From a virus, in IMG/VR virus record IMGVR_UViG_3300043446_003110: DNA of 64,000 nucleotides. One strand, written 5' to 3'. The translations under genes and the position numbers were made by a program. The notes beneath the pieces were generated by a model, which saw nothing but the letters and a program-made list of their open reading frames with translations, ran no database searches and was not told where the DNA came from. Positions 42,258 to 51,548 of the stretch are shown here, piece after piece. Each line of letters opens with the position of its first letter. Within the stretch, counting starts at the first letter, position 1.

Positions 42258-42297
42258 TCATTTTGTATCCTTAAGATTCCTAAAATTATTTATTTAA

Positions 42298-43449
42298 TTA
42301 TGGCGCATTGTATGTAGGGGAACCAGATAGTCTTGCGCCAGTTGCGGGATCTTCTGGATGATATACTGAAAGATTATTGAATGTACTATAACTGTATGTT
42401 ATAGTGGCATTGCCACCGCCAGCATCACCACCAGTATAATTTACTGAAGATAATCTATTTTTTGTACCTAAGTCAATAGTTGTTCCATCGTGTAAAACAA
42501 TTTTGATAAATTCTTCTGCTGTATTGTTACCGTAATTTATATTGCCTACTGCATATGGTCCTGCTTCGGTAGCATTAATCATATCACCACTAACAGCTAT
42601 TACTTCAAATTCGCATGTAACTTCTACTGGGAAGTTGGCATATCTTGTATAAGGAGCTTTACGGCCTAGTTCTTGCACACTTTCTCTATTTAAATCACAA
42701 CTAATATTTATATTTTGAATATGTACTTTTGGAATCTTTTTGCTTGAGTCATAGCCATTTCCAACCCCAGAAGCACCGGCGATTGAAGCTGGTAAGGCTG
42801 ATAAACTCATAGAAACATTTTCTCTACGCTGTATGCCGCCTTTTGCTGGACTTCCTTGTAAATTTTTTGGAGTATCTGTATAGACATTTGAAGCAACAGT
42901 ACCTAATGTTTTTGCTACAGCACCTGTAAATAGATTACCTGCTACATTCCAAGCCTTGTGATTACCAACTAAAGTTAAAGATTCTGTGCAGTTACCATCT
43001 ACTGGAATAGTATATCCAATACTACTTATATACATTCCACTCATATAAACTGACTGTGCGGGGTCATTAGTATTTCCGATATGTTCAACAGTATCTGGAA
43101 AAATACCTAAAATTACATCGCATCTTTGTTTTGCTCTTGCAACTAATGCTGTTTTTGCTGATGGTGTAGTAAGGGCACTATCTGATTGCACGGTACTACT
43201 AGCAAGATGTAACATTAAAGGATAACCATCAAGGACTTTTTCTAAAGTCACTTCAACGTCTGGAACACCTTCAATATTTTCATAAATATGAATTTGACCT
43301 AATTCAAAGACTTGTTCTAGATTAAATGTCGTATTAATTCCAACGCTTTGTACGCCATGAACGACTGTTGCCGCAGCGGTACTACCCATTGGCTTTATGG
43401 CAACGGCTTGACAAGCGTAGAAGATTCTATTGTTGTTAGCGACAGGCAT
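42298..43449 (-). CDS. Major tail tube protein (internally duplicated)
   Basis: GVQSVGINTTFNLEQVFELGQ is echoed by IQNINISCDLNRESVQELGR; position between neck genes and tape measure; AGGAG RBS. Confidence 0.75.
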   Translation of the reverse strand: MPVANNNRIFYACQAVAIKPMGSTAAATVVHGVQSVGINTTFNLEQVFELGQIHIYENIEGVPDVEVTLEKVLDGYPLMLHLASSTVQSDSALTTPSAKTALVARAKQRCDVILGIFPDTVEHIGNTNDPAQSVYMSGMYISSIGYTIPVDGNCTESLTLVGNHKAWNVAGNLFTGAVAKTLGTVASNVYTDTPKNLQGSPAKGGIQRRENVSMSLSALPASIAGASGVGNGYDSSKKIPKVHIQNINISCDLNRESVQELGRKAPYTRYANFPVEVTCEFEVIAVSGDMINATEAGPYAVGNINYGNNTAEEFIKIVLHDGTTIDLGTKNRLSSVNYTGGDAGGGNATITYSYSTFNNLSVYHPEDPATGARLSGSPTYNAP

Positions 43450-43487
43450 AATTCTCTCCTATTTTAAGATGGTAAGCTCTAGTTACT

Positions 43488-43494
43488 TATACAC
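43488..43494 (-). promoter_or_regulatory. Putative late-promoter motif GTGTATA
   Basis: TTTAGTGTATAAGTA, 39 nt upstream of the tail tube ATG. Confidence 0.6.
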
Positions 43495-43498
43495 TAAA

Positions 43499-44473
43499 TT
43501 AGACTGAAAGTTCTATTGTTTCTAATGTTAACCGCACAATCCCAGCATAAAAATTGCTGTTAATTAATTTCATATTTTGGACACTAGAATTTTTTAATCT
43601 GAGACTTCCACGTAAAAAATTATTTATTAGATCTGGATATCTCATGGCTCCAGAAACTGGAAAACCCATATAATCTAATGGAAAAGATCCACTAGAAGCT
43701 ATTTGGTTGCTATTAAACATATATATAGTTTTATCATTTTGCAGTGAGATAATATCTACTAATTTATTTCTGGTATATTCATCCTCGGCCAAACAATGGA
43801 AAAGAACATCAGTTTCTACCCATTGACCGCCGCCAAGTTGATATCCACGTAATGATCTTTTTGGTACTATTTCAACCGCTATAGTTGGTAGTTGAATTCT
43901 AGCTTCTGCTGGTATATCATATTTACCCTTATTTAATACTGCAAAATCTGGGCCTAGATCCAAAGAAGAATATTGCACTTCTGCGAGCCAAGGTAGACTG
44001 TTAGCATAGACTACGTTTATATATTTATAACTAAATTCAGCTTGTACTAAACTGCCGGTGGGAATTGGATTATTGAATATTATTCTTCCATTATAATAGT
44101 CTACTTTATGAGCATATGTACCAGACGAACTAGACGGATGAAAAGTGCCGTTTACATAAACTCCAGAAATGCCGGGAATGGTATTGTTAGATCCAACTAT
44201 TGGTGGTGGATTATATGATATTCCGCTTTGCCAAACCCAATTTTGTCTAAATCCTTCCCAAGCTTTTCCACTTGGATAAGAAGTATTTGACGATATTCTT
44301 AGTTTACTGGAGTCTATTCCTTGATTAGACAGTTCACCCAAGGTAACATTCATATAGTTACCCTTTTCAAGTAATGACCAATCTAAAAATTCAATTATAT
44401 TATCTTGTAGTTCATTATTTAGAGTATTGTCGAATACACTATTAAATCCTTTTAAATTAAGATAATTACTCAT
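43499..44473 (-). CDS. Putative tail terminator/neck protein
   Basis: Directly upstream of the tube; LPTIAVE...QLGG...DVLFHCLAE..YTRNKL; insert with VDYYNGRIIF. Confidence 0.55.
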   Translation of the reverse strand: MSNYLNLKGFNSVFDNTLNNELQDNIIEFLDWSLLEKGNYMNVTLGELSNQGIDSSKLRISSNTSYPSGKAWEGFRQNWVWQSGISYNPPPIVGSNNTIPGISGVYVNGTFHPSSSSGTYAHKVDYYNGRIIFNNPIPTGSLVQAEFSYKYINVVYANSLPWLAEVQYSSLDLGPDFAVLNKGKYDIPAEARIQLPTIAVEIVPKRSLRGYQLGGGQWVETDVLFHCLAEDEYTRNKLVDIISLQNDKTIYMFNSNQIASSGSFPLDYMGFPVSGAMRYPDLINNFLRGSLRLKNSSVQNMKLINSNFYAGIVRLTLETIELSV

Positions 44474-45120
44474 TATGTATCCAATACCTTCTTAAATACT
44501 TTAGTAATTTCTTTTTCTTGGGTCGAACCTGATAAGGCTCTAGTAATAAAATTGTTTTTTTCAGTACCAGAATATTGCGGTGGAACTCTAAATCCCTTGC
44601 CGGATATCATATTACCAAGACCAGTTCTTCCAATGCCAGTTCTAGGGTTGTATTCATATCCAACAACAATTATTTCGTCGCCACGTATTAACATCCATTC
44701 TAGCCAATGTAAATCTCCACCGGGAGCAAAGTTGGTAGCTTGATATATTGAATGCCCCTGCGGTAATCCCAATAAATTGATAAAATTATCTGGTTGAATA
44801 CTTATCTCTAAACCGCCACCCTTTAATTTATTATTGTAAGTCTTGACAGATATGGATATTGAATTTATAACAGAATCAATTATCGAATTCACTATAGATT
44901 GTGGAGATATGGTTATGCCAAATTGACCAACTAATTCTCTAGATAATAAAGCATTAATTTCTGGCTGAGAATTAATCCAACTTGGTATCAAAGATTTGAT
45001 TTCTTCTGTTATTTTATAGGCATTATTTCTAATAGCACTGTTGAATTGGTCTGATAATGCAGATAAAATCATTCCTTCTATTTGTTTTTCACTGTCTAAA
45101 AGTTTTATAGATATGGTCAT
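44473..45120 (-). CDS. Putative tail-completion/neck protein
   Basis: WLEW..G and C-terminal NFITRAL resemble HK97 gp10-like proteins; ATGA overlap start at 45120. Confidence 0.45.
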   Translation of the reverse strand: MTISIKLLDSEKQIEGMILSALSDQFNSAIRNNAYKITEEIKSLIPSWINSQPEINALLSRELVGQFGITISPQSIVNSIIDSVINSISISVKTYNNKLKGGGLEISIQPDNFINLLGLPQGHSIYQATNFAPGGDLHWLEWMLIRGDEIIVVGYEYNPRTGIGRTGLGNMISGKGFRVPPQYSGTEKNNFITRALSGSTQEKEITKVFKKVLDT

Positions 45121-45599
45121 ACTCGACTCCATAAACATGAAAAATATCTATTTTGTCTTAATCCCATTGGAATATGTTCGCCCATTCTTTGAAATCTCAT
45201 TTGTTTGATATCCAACAAATCTTTATTTACTATTAATGCTTTTGCTTTTAGTATTTTCGGAAGATCGGACATAAATCCTATGGTCTGTATTACATTATCG
45301 GGAACTTGTATTGCGCCCGTAACATTGATCCACTCTTTTGGATTCCAATAAACTTTGAGTTTAATATCAGTTAAGATTTCTACTTCTTTTATGATTTTAT
45401 TGCCTCTTTCATAATCTCCATCACGAAGGCGATGAACATTAATAGAATTTTTTTCTGGAATATTGTTATGTGGACTATAAATAACTTCTTCTACTTTATC
45501 AACAGAAACTAATTGACACATAATTCCAAAAATATCAAATGTTGAATCAATAACGTCATAATATTTATCGAATACGCTCTCTGGCACATTTACTGGCAT
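45117..45599 (-). CDS. Putative head-closure protein
   Basis: 160 aa, beta-rich, at the neck-gene position. Confidence 0.45.
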   Translation of the reverse strand: MPVNVPESVFDKYYDVIDSTFDIFGIMCQLVSVDKVEEVIYSPHNNIPEKNSINVHRLRDGDYERGNKIIKEVEILTDIKLKVYWNPKEWINVTGAIQVPDNVIQTIGFMSDLPKILKAKALIVNKDLLDIKQMRFQRMGEHIPMGLRQNRYFSCLWSRV

Positions 45600-45607
45600 A
45601 GTTGCAC

Positions 45608-46120
45608 CTATAGATTAATATTAATTGCTTCTAATTCTTCTACTGAAGTTGCGTTATTGATTAATTGCTTGATTGAAGCATAAGAATTACTTAAAGATGA
45701 TCGGGCCTGACCGTATTGTAACATGAGCATCGTTAAATCTTGTAAATTCATAGAGTGAGATTGGCCGTCAATGTCAACTATACTGACGGGATCTGTGATA
45801 CCCATAGCACTAGCTTCTTTAGCTAATGTAAAAGCTCCGTTTAGTAATGCCACATCAGAAATATCTATACCTAAATAATATCCTTCTGGAGTTTGCCAAC
45901 CAGCATCTATTTTAATTTTCCAATTATTATCTAGAAGTTGTATTTTTTCTAATTTAGATTTTGTTAAGGGCCATGTATTTACTAAATTATTAATTTCATT
46001 TAGTTGACTTTCATTTGGAAAATTATTATTATAATAACTTATCTCAATACCATCAGCCGATTCAGATAAAGATTCTATTGGTAGGATAGAATTAATCTTA
46101 TTATATAGCGTATATAGCAT
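45608..46120 (-). CDS. DUF4376-like fibre-associated protein
   Basis: C-terminal IVDIDGQSHSMNLQDL...KQLINNATSVEELEAI; TAATG overlap with the upstream fibre gene. Confidence 0.6.
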   Translation of the reverse strand: MLYTLYNKINSILPIESLSESADGIEISYYNNNFPNESQLNEINNLVNTWPLTKSKLEKIQLLDNNWKIKIDAGWQTPEGYYLGIDISDVALLNGAFTLAKEASAMGITDPVSIVDIDGQSHSMNLQDLTMLMLQYGQARSSLSNSYASIKQLINNATSVEELEAININL

Positions 46121-47970
46121 TAACACCTCCAAGAAGTAGAAATTCCATTAGAATAATCTAAAACTAAATTGGGAGAATTTTTACCAGTTAATATTTTTTC
46201 TGCCATATAATATGTATTTAATCCAATTGGAACATGATGTGATAATGATCCACGAATTTGACTGTTTATATTGTCATTACTATCAGTAGATAAAATACCA
46301 ATACTATATGATGTCGGCTCACTAAAACTAGAGTATGGATTATCTATTTCTGTAAGATTAATTCTGCTATTATTAACAGTTAACATATAATTACTATTTG
46401 GAGTTAAAGATGATATATAGTATACAGAACCATTAACAGATATTGTATCCTCTTGAATGCCACATAAAAGATTGATTGTCATGCTATTCAAAAAAGCAAT
46501 ATAGGTATTCGGTATTTCTCTCCAGACATTGGAAGGACAGGTCCAAGTTCTAGACAATGTTCTTAAAGTAGAGTATGCCAACACTTGAGTTTTATTATAG
46601 TGATTATATATATATCTATAATTATTTATATTATGAAATTTATTGCCACCTGTCGGCGGATAACCCGGATATGTTATTGGCATAACTGATCCAATGTATC
46701 TTCTAGTATTATCGCCAGATTTTACATATACACCATCTTTTATGCCGAGTTGCGTGGCTCTTTGGGTTTGGTTAGACCAAGCTACTGATTCAAAAGATAT
46801 TGCGTTATTGTCTAAATAAGCAAATATATCAAATATAATATTTGCTGGATTAACTGGTGATCCGGGGGCATATAGTGTACTAACCGTTTTTGCAACCATC
46901 GAATTAAAAGATACTTGTTGCCATGAAGATCCATTATATAATGATATAATATTTCCATTATGTGGAACAAAATATATTGTATCAGAATACCCTTCAGCAA
47001 CTGAGTTTGTAGGACTTATAGATAATCTTCCATAACAAACGTTGGTTGATAGATTTATTGATGAAATATTATTATATACAACAGCAATTTGGTCATTCAG
47101 TGCGCCAGATACGGTATCTATTTTATTATTTAACACTCCAGAAATTTGTGTAGCGACTCCAGAAACAGTTTCTCCATTTATAGTAGTAAAATATAAAGAA
47201 GATAAGTCTGGCAAATCTTCTTTTATTAAATATCTAAAAGTAGGATAGTCTGGATCGCACGATGGATTGCACAGACCGGATGGACCGGCAAATACCATTC
47301 CGGTATTTTGCTTTTTAAGTAATATATTTTGATTTACAATACCACTCAGTTGTAATATAGATATAAGAGGAAAGGATAATTGATTGGGTTCAAAATGAAC
47401 GAATTGTATTCCACCAGAATACGATGAAGTGCCATCATTGCCAGATGGAAAATATATTCCAGAATCTCCAACAAAAAAGCCAGATGATCTGATAATAGAG
47501 TTTGCACTTAATCCACCTATGTCAATAGCATAATATGGATTGGATTTGTTGATTCCTATGTTTCCACGACCAGAATCCACTATAAACTTATTGCTGTAAG
47601 ACAAAGAGTTAGATGAAGTCCAAAAAGCTATACCACTATTTTGTGGAACTGGACTTAAACCAGATGTATTGAAAACAGCATTTGTAGCTGGATAATTTAC
47701 ATATATCTCTTTGGTGCCTTCTGAAAAATTAACTATATTATTGCTATTTGTGCTTTTTACTGGAAATCTTTGTATAGCATTTGTTGCTGACAAATATACT
47801 CCAGACCCTAGCTCATAATTAGTTCCATCATTTATGACATAAAAAAAAGAATCATTATTGGAATAACAAGATGAGAACGTAGTAAATCCACCAACAGCAC
47901 CAGACAATATTGCATTGCCTGTGCCGATTACATAACTTAATTCTTTTACTCTGTCATGCAGTTTAATCAT
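46120..47970 (-). CDS. Fibre protein
   Basis: N-terminal DRVKE...GTG...LSGAVGGF anchor; GNIGINKSNP..AIDIGG shaft motif; GRLS...IYF.P..GN.I domain. Confidence 0.7.
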   Translation of the reverse strand: MIKLHDRVKELSYVIGTGNAILSGAVGGFTTFSSCYSNNDSFFYVINDGTNYELGSGVYLSATNAIQRFPVKSTNSNNIVNFSEGTKEIYVNYPATNAVFNTSGLSPVPQNSGIAFWTSSNSLSYSNKFIVDSGRGNIGINKSNPYYAIDIGGLSANSIIRSSGFFVGDSGIYFPSGNDGTSSYSGGIQFVHFEPNQLSFPLISILQLSGIVNQNILLKKQNTGMVFAGPSGLCNPSCDPDYPTFRYLIKEDLPDLSSLYFTTINGETVSGVATQISGVLNNKIDTVSGALNDQIAVVYNNISSINLSTNVCYGRLSISPTNSVAEGYSDTIYFVPHNGNIISLYNGSSWQQVSFNSMVAKTVSTLYAPGSPVNPANIIFDIFAYLDNNAISFESVAWSNQTQRATQLGIKDGVYVKSGDNTRRYIGSVMPITYPGYPPTGGNKFHNINNYRYIYNHYNKTQVLAYSTLRTLSRTWTCPSNVWREIPNTYIAFLNSMTINLLCGIQEDTISVNGSVYYISSLTPNSNYMLTVNNSRINLTEIDNPYSSFSEPTSYSIGILSTDSNDNINSQIRGSLSHHVPIGLNTYYMAEKILTGKNSPNLVLDYSNGISTSWRC

Positions 47971-47978
47971 ATTTTATG

Positions 47979-48950
47979 TTAAGCATTGTATGTTGGATTA
48001 ATTACAACAAAATCTGCATATCCGCTTCCTGCTGGCTCTGTGCCAAACACAACTAAATCATTGATTTTACCATCTAGATATGCTCCAACATCTTCTCCCA
48101 TAACAACAAAGCTTATTGATCTTAGCTTAGTGGCGTCATCGCCAGTTCTATATGACATAGCTACAGTATTTTCACTAAAATCTTCCATACTGCCAGCCAA
48201 ACTCCTTCCATTACTGTGTCCTACTGCTACATAGTTATTATCTTTAAACACACCTGAGTTAAAAATAATAGTGAACTTACCAATATCTTGTTTTTTAATA
48301 CCAGAAACATTGTAAGCATCTTTAACGACCGGCCTACCATCTCCACCAACTCCACTAGCTTCGAATCTAATCCAAGCTTTTGCGACACCTCTAGAAGAAT
48401 TCATTACAGAGTTATCTTTTAAGAAAGTAAACTGAGTACCACTGCCAACATTGATATTTTCTTTTGATGATGAAAGATATCTAAACTGTAATCCTTTTCC
48501 AAGGGTTGTTTCTGCGTTTGAACTACCGCTTGAATTAATCCAGCAATTGCTAAATCCTATATTACCAAGTTCAAAGACTCGGCTTCCATTTTTTGGAATG
48601 TATTGCGTATGTGGATCACCCTCGTCTAATTTATCTAAATCATTATGCTCTATATGTCCCGGACCCGGATATGCAACGGTTTGAAGACTATTACTATCAT
48701 TAGCAAATCTGATGCCAGATTCCACAATGATCTGACCAGTACCATTGTCACCTATTGTTCTTTTTATAGTTATATTTTTTAAAAATGGATTGACATTGGT
48801 AAAATCTCCATTAGCAACAATATGATTTATAGAAGCAACAGTATCTAGTATACTATTTCTAACGTCGGCAGCAGATATTTCTCCAGCATTATTGTCTGCC
48901 AAAGCGATGCCAATGTCAGTTGTTAATTGTCCGCTAGTTTTAATAGGCAT
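47979..48950 (-). CDS. Fibre/appendage protein
   Basis: N-terminal LADNNAGEISAADVR, HNDL...DPHTQY, C-terminal AKAWIRF...YNVSGI...GKFTIIF domain typical of phage fibres. Confidence 0.65.
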   Translation of the reverse strand: MPIKTSGQLTTDIGIALADNNAGEISAADVRNSILDTVASINHIVANGDFTNVNPFLKNITIKRTIGDNGTGQIIVESGIRFANDSNSLQTVAYPGPGHIEHNDLDKLDEGDPHTQYIPKNGSRVFELGNIGFSNCWINSSGSSNAETTLGKGLQFRYLSSSKENINVGSGTQFTFLKDNSVMNSSRGVAKAWIRFEASGVGGDGRPVVKDAYNVSGIKKQDIGKFTIIFNSGVFKDNNYVAVGHSNGRSLAGSMEDFSENTVAMSYRTGDDATKLRSISFVVMGEDVGAYLDGKINDLVVFGTEPAGSGYADFVVINPTYNA

Positions 48951-48962
48951 TGTAAATCTCCA

Positions 48963-49478
48963 TTAGTATCTGAAATAACCGCCTCTGGAATCATAATCAC
49001 CATGAGTTCTAACAACGTAATCACTAGCGGGGCTGTATGGGCCAAGTATGGCGTGTCCAACAACGCTTCCGCCAGCGCGATAATCTAATAACATTTGTTT
49101 ATATTTATCTGACAAATCTTTGTATAGAACTGATAGGGTAGAGGCTACTCCCCTTAAGTCTATAGCAGAAGGTCCATCTTTGATGGATATAGCATTAGAA
49201 GCTTCTGTCTTTAATTCACTACCAACAATAAAACAAGCAGTCTTGAGAGCAGATAAATTTATGAAGGCATTATCTTTTATATCTACTGGGTCTGGGGACA
49301 AATTTCCATTGGCTATATCAATAGAATATGTTTCACCAAAATCAGTTTCTATGGTCAAAAGCTGCGCCCCTACAAGAATAGATGTTTCTATTCTTTCATC
49401 AGAATATTTATAATTAGACTGATCAACATCATTGATCAAATATCTGACTACAAGCGGTATTTGACTTCGCCAAGACAT
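48963..49478 (-). CDS. Putative head-tail adaptor (connector)
   Basis: VRYLIND...YSDERI N-terminus, helical body, SIKDGPSAID beta-hairpin. Confidence 0.55.
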   Translation of the reverse strand: MSWRSQIPLVVRYLINDVDQSNYKYSDERIETSILVGAQLLTIETDFGETYSIDIANGNLSPDPVDIKDNAFINLSALKTACFIVGSELKTEASNAISIKDGPSAIDLRGVASTLSVLYKDLSDKYKQMLLDYRAGGSVVGHAILGPYSPASDYVVRTHGDYDSRGGYFRY

Positions 49479-49517
49479 AGAAATTCCCCGATTTAGTTAT
49501 ATATTCTTCTACTATAG

Positions 49518-49524
49518 TATACAC
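49518..49524 (-). promoter_or_regulatory. Putative late-promoter motif GTGTATA
   Basis: TTTTAGTGTATACTA, 40 nt upstream of the ATG at 49478. Confidence 0.6.
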
Positions 49525-49529
49525 TAAAA

Positions 49530-50129
49530 CTATATTGTATCTAATTCTTCGTCATTTTCTGGAATTGGTTCATTAGCTAGTAATTTGCGCGATTTTTTTA
49601 TGGCTCTACCTACCAATAGTTTGCCTATAGTATCAATAAAAGGTAAATTTCTGCGATGCGCTTCATCTCTAAGCCACCCAACTATGGTATCTATATTTTG
49701 CTCACACCAATCGTTCCCTTTGTCATTCATTTCTAGAGCGTGGCGTTTACATGAACAACTATCAGTTATTTGTATTCCTAAAGATTTAATCATTTTTGAT
49801 AAAATAGTTCCGGGATGATTGGGATGTTCTTCTAAAGTTTTTGGATATAAAGATCGTAAATATTTTGATGGATCATCGCCAAGTAGTTCTGAAATTTTAG
49901 TTTCTGCTTGTGATTTAGTCCAATCTCCAATAAGATCATATTCATTTCCATTCCAAATAGGTATGTTTAAAGGTAATCCTTGTATTTGTGCGCTAATTAT
50001 TTTTGCTTTTGGATTGTCTATAAAAATAAAATGTAATTCATTTAGATTGAGTTCTGGTGGATTAAAGATTTGTCCAGAATTATCTGAATATGGAGGGGGT
50101 TGAATTTTTATACTGTTTGTTAATTTCAT
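49530..50129 (-). CDS. Hypothetical protein with Cys motif (possible appendage chaperone)
   Basis: PGTIL...LGI...CSC...MN..G.DWC domain, following the Cys-rich TS-repeat genes. Confidence 0.6.
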   Translation of the reverse strand: MKLTNSIKIQPPPYSDNSGQIFNPPELNLNELHFIFIDNPKAKIISAQIQGLPLNIPIWNGNEYDLIGDWTKSQAETKISELLGDDPSKYLRSLYPKTLEEHPNHPGTILSKMIKSLGIQITDSCSCKRHALEMNDKGNDWCEQNIDTIVGWLRDEAHRRNLPFIDTIGKLLVGRAIKKSRKLLANEPIPENDEELDTI

Positions 50130-50143
50130 AATCTATTCCTTTT

Positions 50144-51538
50144 TTAGTTATACAAATATTTTGAAATGCAACCTACATTGTAAGTATCTCCATAAAATTC
50201 GATTGGCGGATCGGGACATATACAGTACTCACCGTTGCAATCGGACTGATAGGTTTTGTAAAAACCAAATATGCCTTCTGGTCCTTGATTAGTTGTCCAT
50301 ATATATATACACGATTCTGTTACGCACGGATATGGGGTTGTGCTGGTTGAGGTCGAAGTACTAGTCGAGGTCGAAGTACTAGTCGAGGTCGAAGTACTAG
50401 TCGAGGTCGAAGTACTAGTCGAGGTCGAAGTACTAGTCGAGGTCGAAGTACTGGTTGAGGTCGAAGTGCTAGTGGAGGTAGTTGTTGTAATTGAATAACA
50501 AGGAACAGTTATTATATCTTTAACAGTACCTGTAACGTGGATATTAAAGCAATCGCATCCATCAAGACAATTATTATCGAATAGCAAATGTACGTTTTGG
50601 AATTCAATCCATTGATATAAACAAGAGCCGCAAGGGTAGTCCCAAGGAGGATTAGTAGTGGATGTACTTGTCGTTGGATCAACTATAATTGTGGGACAAA
50701 TAAAGTCATAAACAACTACGCCCAAAAAAGTGTTAAGTTCAGCATTAACGATCTTATATGTTCCATTCAGATTAGAATAATTTCGACAAGTTATTTGAAT
50801 TATGTCTCCAATACGAAGATTCAATGGAACAAATGGATTTAAAGAATAAAGAAAACCACGTTGTGGATTTGGAAAATTTCTACTATTAATATAAGCCAGT
50901 TTAAAATCACCCCACCCTCTTCCGCCCGTACCTAGCACTCTTATAAAATCATTTCCACCATCCTCGTATTGCCAACTGTCAAAACAAGCATAATTAGGTG
51001 GTATAGTAGTTGTGGTTGTAGATGTTATAGGAGAAATAGTTGTAGATGTTGTAGTAGGTCTATCTTTTACGCAAGGTATTTTGACAATATAGGATGAATT
51101 TAAACTAGTATTTGCCCCGCGACAACATGGATCAGAGTAAAAGTCGCATAAACTTTTTATTGATACGGCAAATTTTTTCTCTGTAGATATATCAATATTA
51201 TCTGTTTTTATGGATATTTTATCTTTTGTTATTGAATTTATATTTTGAGATCCAAGATATTCATCTGTAACATAATCATAAATAGAAATTTGGATATTAT
51301 TTTTTAGATTATGATTTGATCCACTACCCCAATACAATTCGAATCCAAGAATATCAGAATCAAAACTTTGTTTGCTTGTCGTAGTAACAAATTTTTGACC
51401 GCTGGAAACAATGCAAGTGATATTATGTACTAATTTTAGGTCAGTAGTTTTGTCGCCGTGGATAGCCATCAAGCCAAGGCCATTGGCTTGGTATTTAGTT
51501 CCAGATGGTATAAAAATTGATCCGCATGAGCAATTCAT
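50144..51538 (-). CDS. Cys-rich protein with mucin-like Thr/Ser tracts
   Basis: 464 aa; TTTSTT linkers and a ~50-residue (TS)n tract separating small Cys-rich modules. Confidence 0.75.
   Translation of the reverse strand: MNCSCGSIFIPSGTKYQANGLGLMAIHGDKTTDLKLVHNITCIVSSGQKFVTTTSKQSFDSDILGFELYWGSGSNHNLKNNIQISIYDYVTDEYLGSQNINSITKDKISIKTDNIDISTEKKFAVSIKSLCDFYSDPCCRGANTSLNSSYIVKIPCVKDRPTTTSTTISPITSTTTTTIPPNYACFDSWQYEDGGNDFIRVLGTGGRGWGDFKLAYINSRNFPNPQRGFLYSLNPFVPLNLRIGDIIQITCRNYSNLNGTYKIVNAELNTFLGVVVYDFICPTIIVDPTTSTSTTNPPWDYPCGSCLYQWIEFQNVHLLFDNNCLDGCDCFNIHVTGTVKDIITVPCYSITTTTSTSTSTSTSTSTSTSTSTSTSTSTSTSTSTSTSTSTSTSTSTSTSTTPYPCVTESCIYIWTTNQGPEGIFGFYKTYQSDCNGEYCICPDPPIEFYGDTYNVGCISKYLYN
50342..50485. 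repeat. 18-bp tandem repeat (ACTAGTCGAGGTCGAAGT), about 8 units, encoding TSTSTS on the - strand
   Basis: Five perfect copies at 50360-50449 flanked by degenerate copies. Confidence 0.95.
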
Positions 51539-51548
51539 AATTATACCT

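Noticed and set aside
42261-42285. Tandem AGGA motifs in leaders (also 57712-57730) as CsrA sites
   Set aside because: Too short, not distinguishable from SD-like sequence, and no supporting hairpins.
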